From: Dehalococcoidia bacterium
Lineage (GTDB): Bacteria; Chloroflexota; Dehalococcoidia; Lucifugimonadales; UBA3495
DNA length: 64,000 nt
Reading direction: 5' to 3'
NCBI GenBank assembly: GCA_034423575.1
Contig: DAOUIF010000036.1
Location: 9,563-73,562, forward strand
The number at the start of each line of letters is the position of its first letter. Position 1 is the stretch's first letter. Below are positions 54,907 through 64,000 of the stretch, piece after piece. The notes below the pieces were generated by a model. That model saw nothing but the letters and a program-made list of their open reading frames with translations. It did no database searches and was not told where the DNA came from. Position numbers and translations under genes: made by a program.

Positions 54907-56112
54907 TCAAATGATCCCGGTCTGGTAAAGCTTTACCAGGTCCGCGGCGCTGTAGCCCAGCTCGTCACACAGAATGGCCCGGTTGTGCCGGCCCAGTGTT
55001 GGGGCCGGTGTGGACGCCGACACATCGGCATCGGACAGTCGATACGGCACGCCGGGGTAAGCTATCGGCCCAGTATCATCGCGCTCTATGACCACGAACA
55101 GGTCCTCCAGGGACGGATCCGTCCGCACTTCCTCATAGGTGCGCACGGGCGCCAGCGGGATCCGGTGTTCCAAGGCAATTTCCAGCAGTTCCGACTTGGT
55201 GTAATCAGCCAACCAGGCCTCCAGGTACCCATCCACTTCGTCCGCATAGAGGTTGTTCATGGCGGTGCGGTTGCGCAATCTCTGCTCCTGCGACCACTCC
55301 GGCATACCCATGATCTCGAGCAACCGCCGCCACTGGCGGCCCTCCGGCGAACCTACGAAGATGTGCCCGTCCTTGCAGCGCAGGATGCAGTTGGGGTACG
55401 GAAAATCCAGCGCGTGGTGCCCGGTGCGTCGAGTGACGCGCCATTCGTAGACCGCCATCAGGGCCTCCGGCCCGTTGTACAGGCCGGCCATCGTTTCCGC
55501 TTCGGCGATGTCGATGTGCTGGCCGCCGTGAGTGTCCCGGCCCAACAGCGCCATGACGATCGACGACGCGGCGGCCATCCCGGCGAAGTACCCGACCTCC
55601 GGTGTCCCGAATGTCAGCGGCTCACGTTCCGCTTCACCAAGCCCCTCACAGATCCCACCGGCCGCGGCGAGATTGATGTCGTAGGCCTTGTAGTCGCGCC
55701 ATGGGCCGGACTGGCCCCATGGGCTGATGCTTGCCATCACCAATCCAGGGTGATCGGCGGCGAGCAGGTCGTAATCCAATCCGAGCCGTTCCATGTCGGC
55801 CGGCGGCACATTGTGCACCACCACGTCGGACGTCGCCGCCAGTTGATGCAGGATTCCCCTGCCCGTGGGAGTCTCCAGGTTGGCGGTGATGCCTGCCTTG
55901 TTGGCGTTGAGGTAAAGATACAGACCGCTGCGCTCAGGGTGTGGAACATCGTCGGGCCACGGCCCGTAACGCCGAGCATCTTCACCTATTCCCGGACGCT
56001 CTATCTTGACGACGTCGGCGCCAGCATCGGCCAGCAACTTCCCGCAATAGGGCGCGGAAATCATCGAGCCGATTTCCAGGACGCGCAGGCCGGACAGCAA
56101 GGTATAGGTCAT
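54907..56112 (-). CDS. Family III (CaiB/BaiF) CoA-transferase
   Basis: ORF 54907..56205; start taken as ATG 56112 (MTYTLLSGLRVLEIGSMISAPYCGKLLADAGADVVKIE). Confidence 0.85.
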   Translation of the reverse strand: MTYTLLSGLRVLEIGSMISAPYCGKLLADAGADVVKIERPGIGEDARRYGPWPDDVPHPERSGLYLYLNANKAGITANLETPTGRGILHQLAATSDVVVHNVPPADMERLGLDYDLLAADHPGLVMASISPWGQSGPWRDYKAYDINLAAAGGICEGLGEAEREPLTFGTPEVGYFAGMAAASSIVMALLGRDTHGGQHIDIAEAETMAGLYNGPEALMAVYEWRVTRRTGHHALDFPYPNCILRCKDGHIFVGSPEGRQWRRLLEIMGMPEWSQEQRLRNRTAMNNLYADEVDGYLEAWLADYTKSELLEIALEHRIPLAPVRTYEEVRTDPSLEDLFVVIERDDTGPIAYPGVPYRLSDADVSASTPAPTLGRHNRAILCDELGYSAADLVKLYQTGII

Positions 56113-56345
56113 GGTATCAGGAGGAACCGGGAAGGCTGGGCGCAATGTTATCACAGGGTTAGCCAGGGTCAGGTGAGGAGCGGATCGTTCCAGGCACCAC
56201 GCCACCAGCGACCGCGGATGGTACGTGCTGCATCGCGCGTCAAGAACGCGATCCCGAAGTCGCGGCGCACAGAACGCGGACCGCCGCTATGTTAGACTTG
56301 CGCTCGAACGACGTACGCTCGAACCCAACTTGAAGGAGACGCATT

Positions 56346-57005
56346 ATGCCCAAGAAGCGCGGCACTGGCCTCATGATGGTCTGGTGCGAAGTTCCCGCCG
56401 AAGTCGAGGAAGAATTCAACCAGTGGTACAACACCGAGCACCTGCAGGAGCTGTTGTCCGTGCCGGGCGTGCTCAACGCGGCCAGGTACGAGGCCACCAG
56501 CAGCGGGCCCAAGCACCTCGCGATGTATGAACTGGAGTCGGCCGACGTAATCAACACCGACGCCTTCAAGAACCGGCCTCCCACCCCCTGGGGCCAACGA
56601 GTCGGACCGCGCGCGGTGGCGACCACGGTCATCAACAATGTGTACCAAATGATCCACCCGACCGATTTAAGTGACGCGTTGGCAAATGCCGACATGTCGC
56701 CGGCGCTGCAAATCGGCCGAATGGACGTTCCGGAAGCCAGCGACGCCGAATGGAATAACTGGTATTCCACCGTCTATGTTCCTAATTACGAAAAGGTTCC
56801 CGGCTGTATCCGCGGGCGCCGCTGGAAGTCCGTACGTGGCGAGCCGGCGTACGCCACCGTCTACGAATTCGAGAACCCGGAAGTATCGTCAACCGCGGGC
56901 TGGTTGGAGCAGCGCGAGGCCCATCCCGACAACGGTCGCATGCGCGAAGTCATGACCCACGCGGCCGGTTCGCCCGGCATTTGGCGCAAGACCTTCCAAC
57001 CGTAA
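56346..57005 (+). CDS. Hypothetical protein with two tandem ferredoxin-like (DUF4286/EthD-like) halves
   Basis: Internal repeat: EVEEEFNQWYNTEHLQELLSVPGVLNAARYE against ASDAEWNNWYSTVYVPNYEKVPGCIRGRRWK. The family call is tentative. Confidence 0.45.
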   Translation: MPKKRGTGLMMVWCEVPAEVEEEFNQWYNTEHLQELLSVPGVLNAARYEATSSGPKHLAMYELESADVINTDAFKNRPPTPWGQRVGPRAVATTVINNVYQMIHPTDLSDALANADMSPALQIGRMDVPEASDAEWNNWYSTVYVPNYEKVPGCIRGRRWKSVRGEPAYATVYEFENPEVSSTAGWLEQREAHPDNGRMREVMTHAAGSPGIWRKTFQP

Positions 57006-57077
57006 CGAACCCACACGATCCGTAGCGTAAAATGGAGGAGCGGACTGTGGTCCGCTCCTTCAAAATTTTGGTGACTT

Positions 57078-57650
57078 ATGACGCCCGCCCGCCGTTTCAC
57101 GTCCATTGCCCTCACCCTAGCCGCTGCTATCGTGCTGTGGTTGGGGCTTTTTGCGGCCGCGTCGGGACAGGACATCGTGGGGCAGGACACCCGCCGCAGC
57201 GAATCAGTCGCGGGACCCTACACCGTCGTGGTCGACGCCCAAACCCTTCCGTCGTTGCAATCAGTGCAGTTCCTCATCCGCGTGACCGAGACTGCCACGG
57301 CGGCTCCATCCGAGGACCTCACGGTCACCATCCTGACCACGTGGAGCGGAAGCGATGAAACGGGAGAGAACATCGCTTTGAGTCCGAACGTGCCGGGGCT
57401 CTACACTGCCACCCTGAAGTTCGACCCCGGCAGGTGGGAAACCACCATCCTGATCGAGCCACCCGACGGCGGGTCGTACGGCGCCGACGGCTTCGTATTC
57501 GACGTTCCAGAGCCGACCAGCGACACGGCCGCCGGTTTCGTCTTCATCGGTGTGGCGGTGGTCCTGATTGCCGGCGCCGGTTACCTGACCTGGCGCGTCC
57601 GTCGGAACCAGAAGGCCCGAGCCATCGCCCGTGGGGAAACGCCGCAATGA
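57078..57650 (+). CDS. Secreted, C-terminally anchored protein, possibly FixH/YtkA-like
   Basis: Signal-like N-terminus, beta-rich middle (YTVVVDAQT..FLIRVTE..LYTATLKFDPGRWETTILIE), and a C-terminal TM. Its stop overlaps the ctaG start (ATGA at 57647-57650). Confidence 0.4.
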   Translation: MTPARRFTSIALTLAAAIVLWLGLFAAASGQDIVGQDTRRSESVAGPYTVVVDAQTLPSLQSVQFLIRVTETATAAPSEDLTVTILTTWSGSDETGENIALSPNVPGLYTATLKFDPGRWETTILIEPPDGGSYGADGFVFDVPEPTSDTAAGFVFIGVAVVLIAGAGYLTWRVRRNQKARAIARGETPQ

Positions 57651-58660
57651 CCGGAATATTCAACCGCCGGTGGGGTCTCTGGGCCGCGGGCGCGTTTGTC
57701 GCTGCGATGGCCGGCGCAGCCTTGAATTTCGGTATCGCGTCGGCGCACCAGGGGATCCCGCCCGGGCAAACACCGGCTACGGCCTGGGGCTTCATAACCA
57801 ACCCAGTCCCCAGTCTGTTTCTGCTGGGAGCAGTTTACCTATACGTCAACGGGCTGAACAATTGGCCCAACCCGACCCACCGCGTCAACGGATGGCAGAA
57901 GGCATGTTTCTTCGGGGGAATATTGGTGCTGTTCGCCGCGCTCCAATCGCCCATCGAACCCCTGGCGGAACACTATTTCTCGGTCCACCAGGTGCAGCAC
58001 CTGATGGTGCGCATGGTGGGTCCGCTGCTAATTTTGCTCGGCGCACCGTTGACGCCCATGCTGCGGGGCATGCCGACCTGGGCTCGCCAGAACATCGTGC
58101 GACGGCTGGTCCGCTCGCCCCAGGCGCGATGGCTTTATGGTAAAGCCACCAACCCGGTGTTCACCACCGTTACGTTTCTCGCCCTCCTTTTTTTCTGGCA
58201 GGCGCCGGGCCCGCACGACCTGGCGGTGCATAACGATTGGGTCCATGAGCTGATGCACGGCACGATGCTAACCAGTGGGTTCCTGTTCTGGTGGATCGTG
58301 ATCGACCCCAAACCGCACCGCTCGCGCCTCCACTATGGTCTTCGCGTCCTCTACCTGGGCCTCATCGTGCTGCCCAATACCCTCCTGGGAGCCGGAATCA
58401 CTTTCCAGGAGGAGTTGATCTACTCGGCTTACCAAGAACTGCCCCGGCCCTGGGAGGGTTTCTCCCACCTGTCCGATCAGCGATTTGGCGGCCTCATCCT
58501 GTGGGTGCCGGGCGACATGATGAGCATTTTGGCGGCTGGCATCGTGATGTTCATGTGGTATCAGCGGGAGATGGAAGCGAATCCCAACCCGCCAATGCCG
58601 CAACCGGCGGTCGAAAGCGACGCAGACGAAACCGCAGAACCCGACCTGCCGGAGCGTTAG
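57647..58660 (+). CDS. ctaG: Cytochrome c oxidase assembly factor CtaG (caa3-type)
   Basis: ORF 57434..58660; start taken as ATG 57647. Polytopic protein; HYFSVHQVQHLMVRMVGPLLILLGAP and LILWVPGDMM are typical of the Caa3_CtaG family. Confidence 0.7.
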   Translation: MTGIFNRRWGLWAAGAFVAAMAGAALNFGIASAHQGIPPGQTPATAWGFITNPVPSLFLLGAVYLYVNGLNNWPNPTHRVNGWQKACFFGGILVLFAALQSPIEPLAEHYFSVHQVQHLMVRMVGPLLILLGAPLTPMLRGMPTWARQNIVRRLVRSPQARWLYGKATNPVFTTVTFLALLFFWQAPGPHDLAVHNDWVHELMHGTMLTSGFLFWWIVIDPKPHRSRLHYGLRVLYLGLIVLPNTLLGAGITFQEELIYSAYQELPRPWEGFSHLSDQRFGGLILWVPGDMMSILAAGIVMFMWYQREMEANPNPPMPQPAVESDADETAEPDLPER

Positions 58661-58753
58661 CCCACCCGGAGGCCGCTTCAAATTGACCATCCCCGAACGT
58701 ACTTGTACGATGTGCGCGGTAGTCTGACCCAATCACAAAATTACCGGTGAAGT

Positions 58754-59869
58754 ATGGCCACCAGCAACGGACGTCGCCCGGAACCGCGTTTCGACTGGTT
58801 TATACCCATCGATGGAGATGGCGATCGCGCCGGCACGGTCCGGGCGGACCGCCCACCAACCTTCGAGTACCTGCGGCAGGTGGCGGAAACTGCGGAGCAA
58901 CGCGGCTTCTACTCGATGCTCATTCCCACCCGCTTCGCCAACGGGCTTTTTTCAGAGGACGCTCCGCTGGCCGAGACCTGGACCACGGCCACCGCGCTGG
59001 CGGCAGTGACCACCAAAATCCGCTTCCTCGTGGCGGTCAGACCCGGGTTCATCGCGCTGGGATTGTTCGCCCAGATGGCCGCCGCGCTGCACCAGATATC
59101 AGGTGGACGCCTGGACATCAACATTGTGCCGGGCGGTATCCAGAATGACTTCGAGCGAGTGGGCGAGGTCAGTGACCACGCGACGCGCTACGAACGAGCG
59201 GAAGAGTTCATCCAGGCCTGCCGCGCCCTCTGGCAGGATCCACAACCGGTGACCTACTCCGGCGATTTCTACAAGCTGGCTGACGCTTACTGCGCGCCCG
59301 CGCCCGGCCAGGATGGACCCAAGTTCTACCTCGGTGGCGCCTCACCCCGCGCGCTGGGTCTGTCCGCCCGCCAGGCGGACGTGCACCTGGGCTGGATCGA
59401 ACCGCTGGAGGACACCGCCCAGCGCGTTTCTGATCTCAAGCAGCAGTTCGCCGGCACCGGCCGTCCCCTCACCCTCGGATTGCGCACTCACCTCGTCATT
59501 CGCGACCATGAACACGATGCCTGGCAAGCCGCCGGTCGTCTCATCGCCGACGCTGCGCCGGAGGTAAAGGCCCAACGGCAGTCCGCGATCGCGGGCACCC
59601 CTATGGTGGGTCAGCAGGCTCAGGCTCGTGAAGCAGAGGACCATCGCCTCGGGCCACACCTGTGGAACGGACTGTCGGAGGTCCGGGTGAACTGCGGCAG
59701 TGCGTTGGTCGGCACGCCGGAGCAGGTGGCCGACGAGTTGCTGGGCTATTGGCGATTGGGCATCGACGAGTTCATCCTCAGCGGGTTCCCCCACGTAGAA
59801 GAGTGCCACCGTGCGGCTGACGAACTCCTGCCGCTGGTCCGCGAGCGGATAGCTTCCGAAAACCGGTGA
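58754..59869 (+). CDS. LLM-class flavin-dependent monooxygenase (SsuD/SfnG-like)
   Basis: RFDWFIPIDGDGDR..YLRQVAETAEQRGFYSMLIPT..FLVAVRPGF..GGRLDINIVPGG. Confidence 0.8.
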   Translation: MATSNGRRPEPRFDWFIPIDGDGDRAGTVRADRPPTFEYLRQVAETAEQRGFYSMLIPTRFANGLFSEDAPLAETWTTATALAAVTTKIRFLVAVRPGFIALGLFAQMAAALHQISGGRLDINIVPGGIQNDFERVGEVSDHATRYERAEEFIQACRALWQDPQPVTYSGDFYKLADAYCAPAPGQDGPKFYLGGASPRALGLSARQADVHLGWIEPLEDTAQRVSDLKQQFAGTGRPLTLGLRTHLVIRDHEHDAWQAAGRLIADAAPEVKAQRQSAIAGTPMVGQQAQAREAEDHRLGPHLWNGLSEVRVNCGSALVGTPEQVADELLGYWRLGIDEFILSGFPHVEECHRAADELLPLVRERIASENR

Positions 59870-59888
59870 CCGCTGATTAATCTCGGCC

Positions 59889-62800
59889 TTGGCGCCCGCG
59901 CCTGAAGATCCAGACTTGGACCGTAACTTCGCCCTGCTGCTCTGGCTCTTGCCCCGGCGGATCCGTTCCGCATGGGGCCTTTTGGCCGTAACCGCATTCG
60001 GCGTGCTGGCAGCGGTGACCATCATGGCGCTGGGGGCGATGTACTCCCAAGGGTTGGCCGAAGCCGGCTTGCGACACTCCCTGGCAATCACCTCCCCTAC
60101 GGTCATCAACACCCAGATTGTCGTGCGCAACCGCCCGTTGGGTCCGGAAGACTACACGTCGCTGCGCGCCGACATCGAGGGAATAATCGACCACAACGTG
60201 GACTATCTGAAGCGAGGTCAGGAACGCTACGCCAAGATGCTGCCCACGCTGCCCTTCGTACAGGTGGGCGCTCCTTACGGGATATCCGATGTTCCATTGG
60301 GCCGCCCGTTTTTCGTGACGGAGTTCCCTGAGCATTCGCGCCTGATTGAAGGCGCCTGGCCATCCCCCACGGTGGGAGCCGACGCGACGGCCTGCGTCAA
60401 TTTGGCCAATGGGTGCCCACAAATCGAGGGCGTGCTGGGCATCGACACCTCGCGCCTCATGGGCTGGGGAGTCGGCAAAGAAGCCTGGCTCATGGTCTTT
60501 CCGGGAAATGACGAAGAGCCCTCCGAATACATCGGGGTAAAAATCGTGGGCATTGCGGAACCCAACGATCCTCGCGAAGAGTACTGGATGGGTTCCGCGG
60601 ACTACTTCCGCATGGGTGACTGGGAAGGTCGACCGGTGGCGCCGATTTACGTCAACGAACAGGCTTTCTTCGACGGCATTGGCCAACCGTTCCCCACCCT
60701 GGTGGGCGACTACGGCTGGTTTCTGTACATCAACCCGGACGTCATTACCTCGTCAACAGTCCAGCAAACCCGCGACGACCTGACTGCCCTTGAAACGGAC
60801 ATCAACAGCCGCTTCCCCCGGTCGTACGTCCTCACCGGATTGGAAAACAGCCGCGGCACGGGCTTGTTGGCGACCTACCAACGGGAGCTCACGCTGGCGC
60901 GAGCGCCGTTGATCCTGTTCATTTCCCTGGTGGTGGTGGTCATCCTCTACTTCCTCGCTCTGGCCGTGGGGCTTTTGGCCGGCGCCCGCTCCGCCGAGTC
61001 CTCCATGTTGCGCAGCCGTGGCGCAAGCATAGGCCAGGTGGGCGGGCTGCTCGCGGTCGGCGAAGGGCTCATCGTCGTGGCCGCTACCCTCATCGGCCCG
61101 CTGCTGGCCTGGGGCATCGGCAGCCTGTTGCTGGTGGAAACCATAAACCCGGCGGCGCGCGCCGGAGCCGGAGAGGCTCCCCTGGAGGTATCCCTGTCCT
61201 GGCAGATGTACGCCATGGGCGCCGTCGGAGGTCTGTTGAGCCTGGCGGTTCTGACCGTTGCCGGTGGCAGCCTGGCCCGCCTGGGCATTCTGGATTTCCT
61301 GCGCGCCAGGGCCCGCCCGCCGTCCGCTCCGTGGTTGCAGCGCTACTACATCGACATCATCGCGGTGGTCGCCTTGGCTGTCCTGGTTTGGCAGATCCGC
61401 CAGCGGGGCGGCTTCGTGGAGAGCGAACTGACCGGCCGTGCCCCCGCATTGGACCCGACCCTGTTGCTGGCGCCTTCGGCTGCTCTGTTGACTCTGGCCT
61501 TCCTGTTACTCCGCGTGTTGCCGTGGCTGATGACGGGAACAGCCTGGATTTCACAGCAAATTGCGCCCGCGTGGGTAGGTCTTTCGTTGCGGAGAATGGC
61601 TCGGCATCCGCTGCCTTACGCGTCGCTTACGGTGGTCGTCACACTGGCGGCGGCCCTCGGCGTATTCGCGGGAACCTTTCAGACCACGCTGGCCCGCAGC
61701 GAGGCAGACCAGGCAAACCACAGTGTCGGCGGCGACATCACCCTGGGCGGCACCAGCTTTATCGGTCGCACCGAGCAGGAACGCGTCGACCAGCTTAAGT
61801 CCATAGACGGCGTTGAAGCCGTGTCCCCCATCATTCGGGAGCCAGTGGGATTCATCGACGGGCCGTTCCAGCGCGGGACGGTCCTCGGCGTGGATCCACT
61901 GACCATCGGGCAGGTCTCGTGGTGGCGCGAAGACTTTGTCGAAGGCGAGCCCACTCCCCTGGACACCCTCGTCGCGCCGCTGAGAAGGACGCTGTCTCCG
62001 GAAACCGCCGGCGTCGAGATACCCCAGGGAACCGAGCGGATCGGCGTCTGGGTCCGGCGCGACGACACGCCGACGGTCGGCGTGTCCGTGCCCCTGCCCA
62101 GTTACCGTCTGTGGCTGCGGATCGGCAGTGATCGCGGATATTATCGCAATCTCGAGTTGGGCATGCTGAGCCAACATCAAACCGGGTGGCACCACCTGAC
62201 CGCGCCCATGCCGGAAGAAAGCGTTACCGCACGAGCCGACGACCAATGGCGCGTGGTGTCCATCTTTATTTCTGGAGATTCGTTCGCCAGGACGCCTCCC
62301 GGAGGCCTCTCCTTCGATGGCGTCACGGCATATGGTCAGGACATACCACTGGGGGGTGAAGTGATCGAGGGCTTCGAGGAAATCGGTCCCTGGGTGCCGT
62401 TGCCTCAGACCGGAAACGTGCCCGATCGCACCGACCGGACGCCAGATGCCGCGCACACCGGCGACACCGGGCTTTCCATTACGTGGGAAGAGCCTTTGGG
62501 GCGCTCTCCTCGCGGCATCGTGATCCCGCCGGCTCCCCTGCCGTTGCCGGCAATCACCGGGCCCGGGTTCATCCCTGACCAGACCGTCAGGATCGCCGTG
62601 GATGGATACCTACTCCCCGCGCGGGTCACCAGCACCGTCAACCATTTCCCCACGCTGAGCACAAGGCGCTCCTTCGTGGTGGTGTCGGTTCACGAGTTGC
62701 GGGCCTGGCTGAACCAGGCGCCAGGCGCCCAACCGATCACTCCCGACGAATGGTGGTTCGACGTGGCCGAGGGCGCCGACCGGGAGCGAGTGGCCGATGA

Positions 62801-63311
62801 GATCCTGGACGTCGGTTACCGCCTGTCATTCCTGCGTGATCGCGACAGCGCGGTTGACCTGGCAACACGCAATCCGTTGGCGGGCGGAGCCTGGGACGCG
62901 TTAACTGGGATCGGTCTCGCTGCGCTGGCGTTGGCCGTGGCCCTGGCTTTGTGCGCCCACGCTGCGGTGGCCGTGCGCGAGCAGCGGGTCGACATGTCCG
63001 TCGGCGCGGCGCTCGGCATTCCCCAGTGGCAACGAATCGCGGGCCTGGCTTTGGAGCGGGCCGTCGTTGGCGTTCTGGGCATAGTGGTCGGGGGCCTGGC
63101 CGGCTGGGGGCTGGCGCGTTGGACCCTGGGCGAACTGGCCGGGAACGCGGCCGGAGGCTCCGTCACACCGCCGATCATTTTCGTGGCGGAAGGACCCTGG
63201 CTGGTGGCGACGTTCATCTGTCTCGTCGTCGCCGCGACCGCCGCAATTGGGCTCGCCGGTGCGGTGGCCCGACGATTGCGACCGCCGGAAGTGTTGAGAG
63301 AGGCGGAGTAA
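59889..63311 (+). CDS. Very large FtsX/MacB-type ABC transporter permease (about 1140 aa, two FtsX-like TM modules with large extracytoplasmic domains)
   Basis: N-terminal RRIRSAWGLLAVTAFGVLAAVTIMALGAMY, central and C-terminal clusters of TM helices (LILFISLVVVVILYFLALAVGLL and LAALALAVALALCAHAAVAV). The TTG start at 59889 is uncertain. Confidence 0.65.
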   Translation: MAPAPEDPDLDRNFALLLWLLPRRIRSAWGLLAVTAFGVLAAVTIMALGAMYSQGLAEAGLRHSLAITSPTVINTQIVVRNRPLGPEDYTSLRADIEGIIDHNVDYLKRGQERYAKMLPTLPFVQVGAPYGISDVPLGRPFFVTEFPEHSRLIEGAWPSPTVGADATACVNLANGCPQIEGVLGIDTSRLMGWGVGKEAWLMVFPGNDEEPSEYIGVKIVGIAEPNDPREEYWMGSADYFRMGDWEGRPVAPIYVNEQAFFDGIGQPFPTLVGDYGWFLYINPDVITSSTVQQTRDDLTALETDINSRFPRSYVLTGLENSRGTGLLATYQRELTLARAPLILFISLVVVVILYFLALAVGLLAGARSAESSMLRSRGASIGQVGGLLAVGEGLIVVAATLIGPLLAWGIGSLLLVETINPAARAGAGEAPLEVSLSWQMYAMGAVGGLLSLAVLTVAGGSLARLGILDFLRARARPPSAPWLQRYYIDIIAVVALAVLVWQIRQRGGFVESELTGRAPALDPTLLLAPSAALLTLAFLLLRVLPWLMTGTAWISQQIAPAWVGLSLRRMARHPLPYASLTVVVTLAAALGVFAGTFQTTLARSEADQANHSVGGDITLGGTSFIGRTEQERVDQLKSIDGVEAVSPIIREPVGFIDGPFQRGTVLGVDPLTIGQVSWWREDFVEGEPTPLDTLVAPLRRTLSPETAGVEIPQGTERIGVWVRRDDTPTVGVSVPLPSYRLWLRIGSDRGYYRNLELGMLSQHQTGWHHLTAPMPEESVTARADDQWRVVSIFISGDSFARTPPGGLSFDGVTAYGQDIPLGGEVIEGFEEIGPWVPLPQTGNVPDRTDRTPDAAHTGDTGLSITWEEPLGRSPRGIVIPPAPLPLPAITGPGFIPDQTVRIAVDGYLLPARVTSTVNHFPTLSTRRSFVVVSVHELRAWLNQAPGAQPITPDEWWFDVAEGADRERVADEILDVGYRLSFLRDRDSAVDLATRNPLAGGAWDALTGIGLAALALAVALALCAHAAVAVREQRVDMSVGAALGIPQWQRIAGLALERAVVGVLGIVVGGLAGWGLARWTLGELAGNAAGGSVTPPIIFVAEGPWLVATFICLVVAATAAIGLAGAVARRLRPPEVLREAE

Positions 63312-63317
63312 CCGCAG

Positions 63318-64000
63318 ATGACCGCCATCCTCAACCTGGGTTACGTTCTCGCGCGGCGCCGGCTCATGTCGTCTTTCCGCATCGAACTGACCGTGCTGCT
63401 TGGGGTCACCCTGGCCGTCGTTCTGTTGTCCAGCGCGGTTGTCTTCAACGATCTCCTTGCGGAAACCGCGCTGCGCCGCGCACTCGCCGATGCCGAATCC
63501 AGCGACGTTAATTTCTGGGTGCGTGTATTCAACGATCTCGACGATCCGCGCACCGCCACGCCGGCCAGCGACCGCTACCTCACCAGCCGGCAGTTCGTCG
63601 GCCAGCGCGTTCTGCCGCCCCTGGGCGATGCCGTGGGAGCGGTCTCCTTCCAGGTTGAAACGGCGACCTTTTATTTCACCGGCCGACCCAATCTCGACCT
63701 GCCTAATGACGTGCGTCCGCGGGGCCGGATGCAATACCTTTCGGGATTGCAAGACGGGAAGGCCGAACTCGTCCAGGGCCGGTGGCCCGAGGTTGCGGGA
63801 GACGGAGGGTACGACGATACCACCGGCGACACCGACGGGATTGTGATCGAAATCATGGTCGACTCCAACGGTTTGCAATTCCTGGACCTGGAATTGGGCG
63901 AGGGATTCGAAGTCGTGCCGGCCACGGGTGGAGACGGCCAACCGTCAACTCGCGTCGTGGTGGTGGGCGTGATCGAACCAGTCGATCTGGAGGACGAGTA
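63318..64000 (+). CDS. Second FtsX-type permease, N-terminal part; continues off the right edge
   Basis: ATG 63318 lies 6 nt after the previous stop. MTAILNLGYVLARRRLMSSFRIELTVLLGVTLAVVLLSSAVVF has the same N-terminal layout as the preceding gene. The frame is open to the window end. Confidence 0.6.
   Translation, partial: MTAILNLGYVLARRRLMSSFRIELTVLLGVTLAVVLLSSAVVFNDLLAETALRRALADAESSDVNFWVRVFNDLDDPRTATPASDRYLTSRQFVGQRVLPPLGDAVGAVSFQVETATFYFTGRPNLDLPNDVRPRGRMQYLSGLQDGKAELVQGRWPEVAGDGGYDDTTGDTDGIVIEIMVDSNGLQFLDLELGEGFEVVPATGGDGQPSTRVVVVGVIEPVDLEDE

Overview
High-GC bacterial chromosomal segment, roughly 60% GC by eye, densely coding on both strands, with strong GGAGG-type ribosome-binding sites. 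No rRNA, tRNA, CRISPR array, transposase or integrase was recognised. Gene content hints at a Chloroflexota-like aerobe (inference only). Housekeeping genes: ispG (partial), lysA, holB, surE, a complete F1Fo ATP synthase operon (atpZ-B-E-F-H-A-G-D-C), rex, coaD, rsmD, ribF and tyrS. Around them sits a large redox and catabolic accessory repertoire: three LLM-class flavin oxidoreductases, two family III CoA-transferases with a MaoC double-hotdog hydratase, an enoyl-CoA hydratase, two alpha/beta hydrolases, a form II type coxS-L-M molybdoenzyme, a Cys-type formate dehydrogenase alpha subunit, Moco maturation genes (xdhC, mocA, mogA/moaB), an HdrD-like membrane Fe-S oxidoreductase, a DUF1800-DUF1501-NHL cluster, and giant FtsX-type permeases. 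The most interesting result is two genes the ORF track truncates. Each has an in-frame TGA exactly at the redox-active Cys position of a thioredoxin-fold family. One is an AhpC/TSA-type redoxin with W-TGA-PYC (8563..9054, minus strand). The other is a SelW/Rdx-like protein with YCWD-TGA-G (36806..37075, plus strand). Both have good SD sites upstream of the extended start and stem-loops downstream of the TGA, so they are candidate selenoproteins. The redoxin is tightly packed (2-nt spacers) behind an LLM oxidoreductase and a PaREP1/HEPN-like protein. A second notable region is a small accessory patch between the cox operon and lysA (about 25.97-29.7 kb). It holds a collagen-like GXY surface protein, a degraded diverged copy of the lysA 5' end, an XRE regulator, palindromic operator-like sites and two odd membrane proteins. 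All coordinates and motif calls come from manual reading. No database search or folding program was run.
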